From assembly GCA_051362555.1 (NCBI GenBank), contig CM120648.1, positions 19,402,587-19,466,586 of the forward strand: a DNA stretch of 64,000 nt, read 5' to 3'. Positions 62,031-64,000 of this stretch are shown one piece after another. A program made the position numbers and the translations under genes. Within the stretch, counting starts at the first letter, position 1. Every line of letters starts with the position of its first letter. The notes below the pieces were generated by a model, which saw only the letters and a program-made list of their open reading frames with translations, did no database searches and had not been told where the DNA came from. This DNA is from Lingula anatina. Taxonomy: Eukaryota > Animalia > Brachiopoda.

Positions 62031-64000
62031 GTGGGGAGGGGGTCAGGGGGATCCTGGTTTCTGAAAAAAAATCACACTAGTATTCCCCTCTTGAAATTAG
62101 AAATTTGACTAGCTGAATTATAGTTCTAAATAGAACTGAATGAAACTGTTCTCCCTATAAGGTATCAAATTTCTTCGGGGCCTTTTATATCTCATGGAAC
62201 TGAATCAGTTGCCAGTGTTTCATGTTACCCTAGTGCATTATGCAAGAGGGTAAGAGTGATTATGCTATTATGTAACAGTGCTTCAAAGTTGGCCAAAAAT
62301 TATTTTATGTACTTTTTTTCTGTAGTCTGAATATTTCACAGTTTAACTTTTGCTGCCTTGTTTCTTGGTGTCTATATATTTGCAAGCTTTGTATATTTTT
62401 TAATTGAAATGTTGGAAAATAAGTAAAAGTAAAATGTCTGGATATAAGGTAAGATTTTTGAAAATACTTACCAGATTATACATAATATTGCTTATTGTAA
62501 AAACTTCCAAGTCTAAGATTTCATTCTAGAGTTTTATCATGTCTATTTAAAAGTTTTGAAGTGCAAAACTTGTTTGCAAAAAAAGTGAAGGTTATGTCAA
62601 TGTAGTATTTTTAATAATTATCCATCCATCAACTATTATAGCATCTTTTTGTTTTTGTCGTTTCACATATTGATTGAATCATTTCGGAAGCAACCGTGTG
62701 CTGCGCGGAGTCATTGTGTAGAAGATGTTATTACATACAATGTGTAACAGTGATTTCAGTATTTTTTATCTACAAATTACAATTTCTGAACGTTCCGTGA
62801 ATGGGACTCTGCACCAAACAGTTTCAAATAGTCACCTCAAGTTTGTAAAAGCTGCACTTGGTTGGGAAATTCAAGAATGAAAAAAAAAAGTTCTATTCAA
62901 GTTAATCTTTTACTTCATATTGTATCTGAATACTGTATATTTAACATGGACATATCACTAATGAAAGACGGTTTCAAAGGCAGCCAAATGAATGTAATAA
63001 CTTGCATTAATATATTATCAACAATTTCATTGTAATAAACCTAGGAAAACTGACAACTTTTTTTCATGCTGTCTAAGACCAACCTCTTCCTAGGGCATGG
63101 ACACAGAGGGCCATGGAATAAATACTACAACAGCATGCTTATAAGCCATCACAATGTTCCAATAGTATTCAATGAATATAAGATAAAGTACAAAAAGCAG
63201 TAGGGCTCATAATTGTACATTAAATACATCTTCACCCAGAAATGTTACAAAATGCTGGTCATCAAGTACAACTTCTTCCAAATTGCAGAAAATATTGTTC
63301 TACTGAGTATGATTTGAATTTAACCTTTTTTTTTCATTTTATACTTTTTGCACTTGAACAACAACCGTTATTTTGCCAAATTGGTTATAAATATTGAATA
63401 TACATTCATCTGGATAAAAATGACTCCTTTATCAAATCTACCATTCCACTGTTCTGCATTCATGTGTGCAATCATTTGACACTGTGACAGTAACTCCACT
63501 TTTCAATAACCAGTTGTTCAATTTTTTCCACCCAGTGGATAAAGTAAATTTACATAGAAAAGCATGACGGTATCGACTGTGCAGCAACAAAATAACTACA
63601 ATTAGCAGCATTTGACTCTAAATCAAAATTTTACAAAAAAATTTCCACAGGTAAAGCACTAAAATGTAAAATTATTTTAAATAATTCAAACTTGCATTAA
63701 AAAACATTACAATTAATCTCTTTAGGTGTCAGAAACATTCACTGATAAAAAATAAAAAACTAAAGATAAAAATACTGATGAACCAGAAGACCCCAACTTC
63801 TCTCCACAGTCAACAAGAACGTCAACTCTTACAACAATATACTGAAAATGTCTTCTAAATAATGGTTGCCTAGGCTGAAAAAATGTATCTGCTGTCTCAG
63901 TCCTGTGACTATTTCATACCTTGACTAAAATGTTCTCAAATTTGGTAAGTTTTTCAAATTAACCCTCAATTGCAAAGGGAATCCCATTTTTCACATCTCT

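Overview
AT-rich, intron- and repeat-rich eukaryotic (invertebrate-like) DNA; no rRNA, tRNA or CRISPR array seen. Left part (- strand): an 11beta-HSD1-like short-chain dehydrogenase gene with a stop codon and a frameshift. One of its introns holds a decayed Gypsy element with an F-type env remnant. Next come a possible small secreted prepropeptide gene and an L2 LINE fragment. The main result is on the + strand from about 28.4 to 62.0 kb: 15 hand-assembled exons with canonical GT-AG ends whose phases join into one stop-free frame of about 1,550 aa. The order is NHL beta-propeller - Pro/Gly linker - Staufen dsRBD1 plus split dsRBD2 (no dsRBD3-5) - Roc GTPase - COR - DZIP3/hRUL138-type HEPN with intact RxxxxH - C-terminal hydrophobic anchor. 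This looks like an exon-shuffled, kinase-less Roco protein that could couple RNA sensing to an RNase effector. The Staufen block is flanked by same-orientation Helentron-like (HINE) elements, a possible shuffling mechanism. The gene model is inferred from sequence only and needs transcript evidence, especially for the NHL junction.
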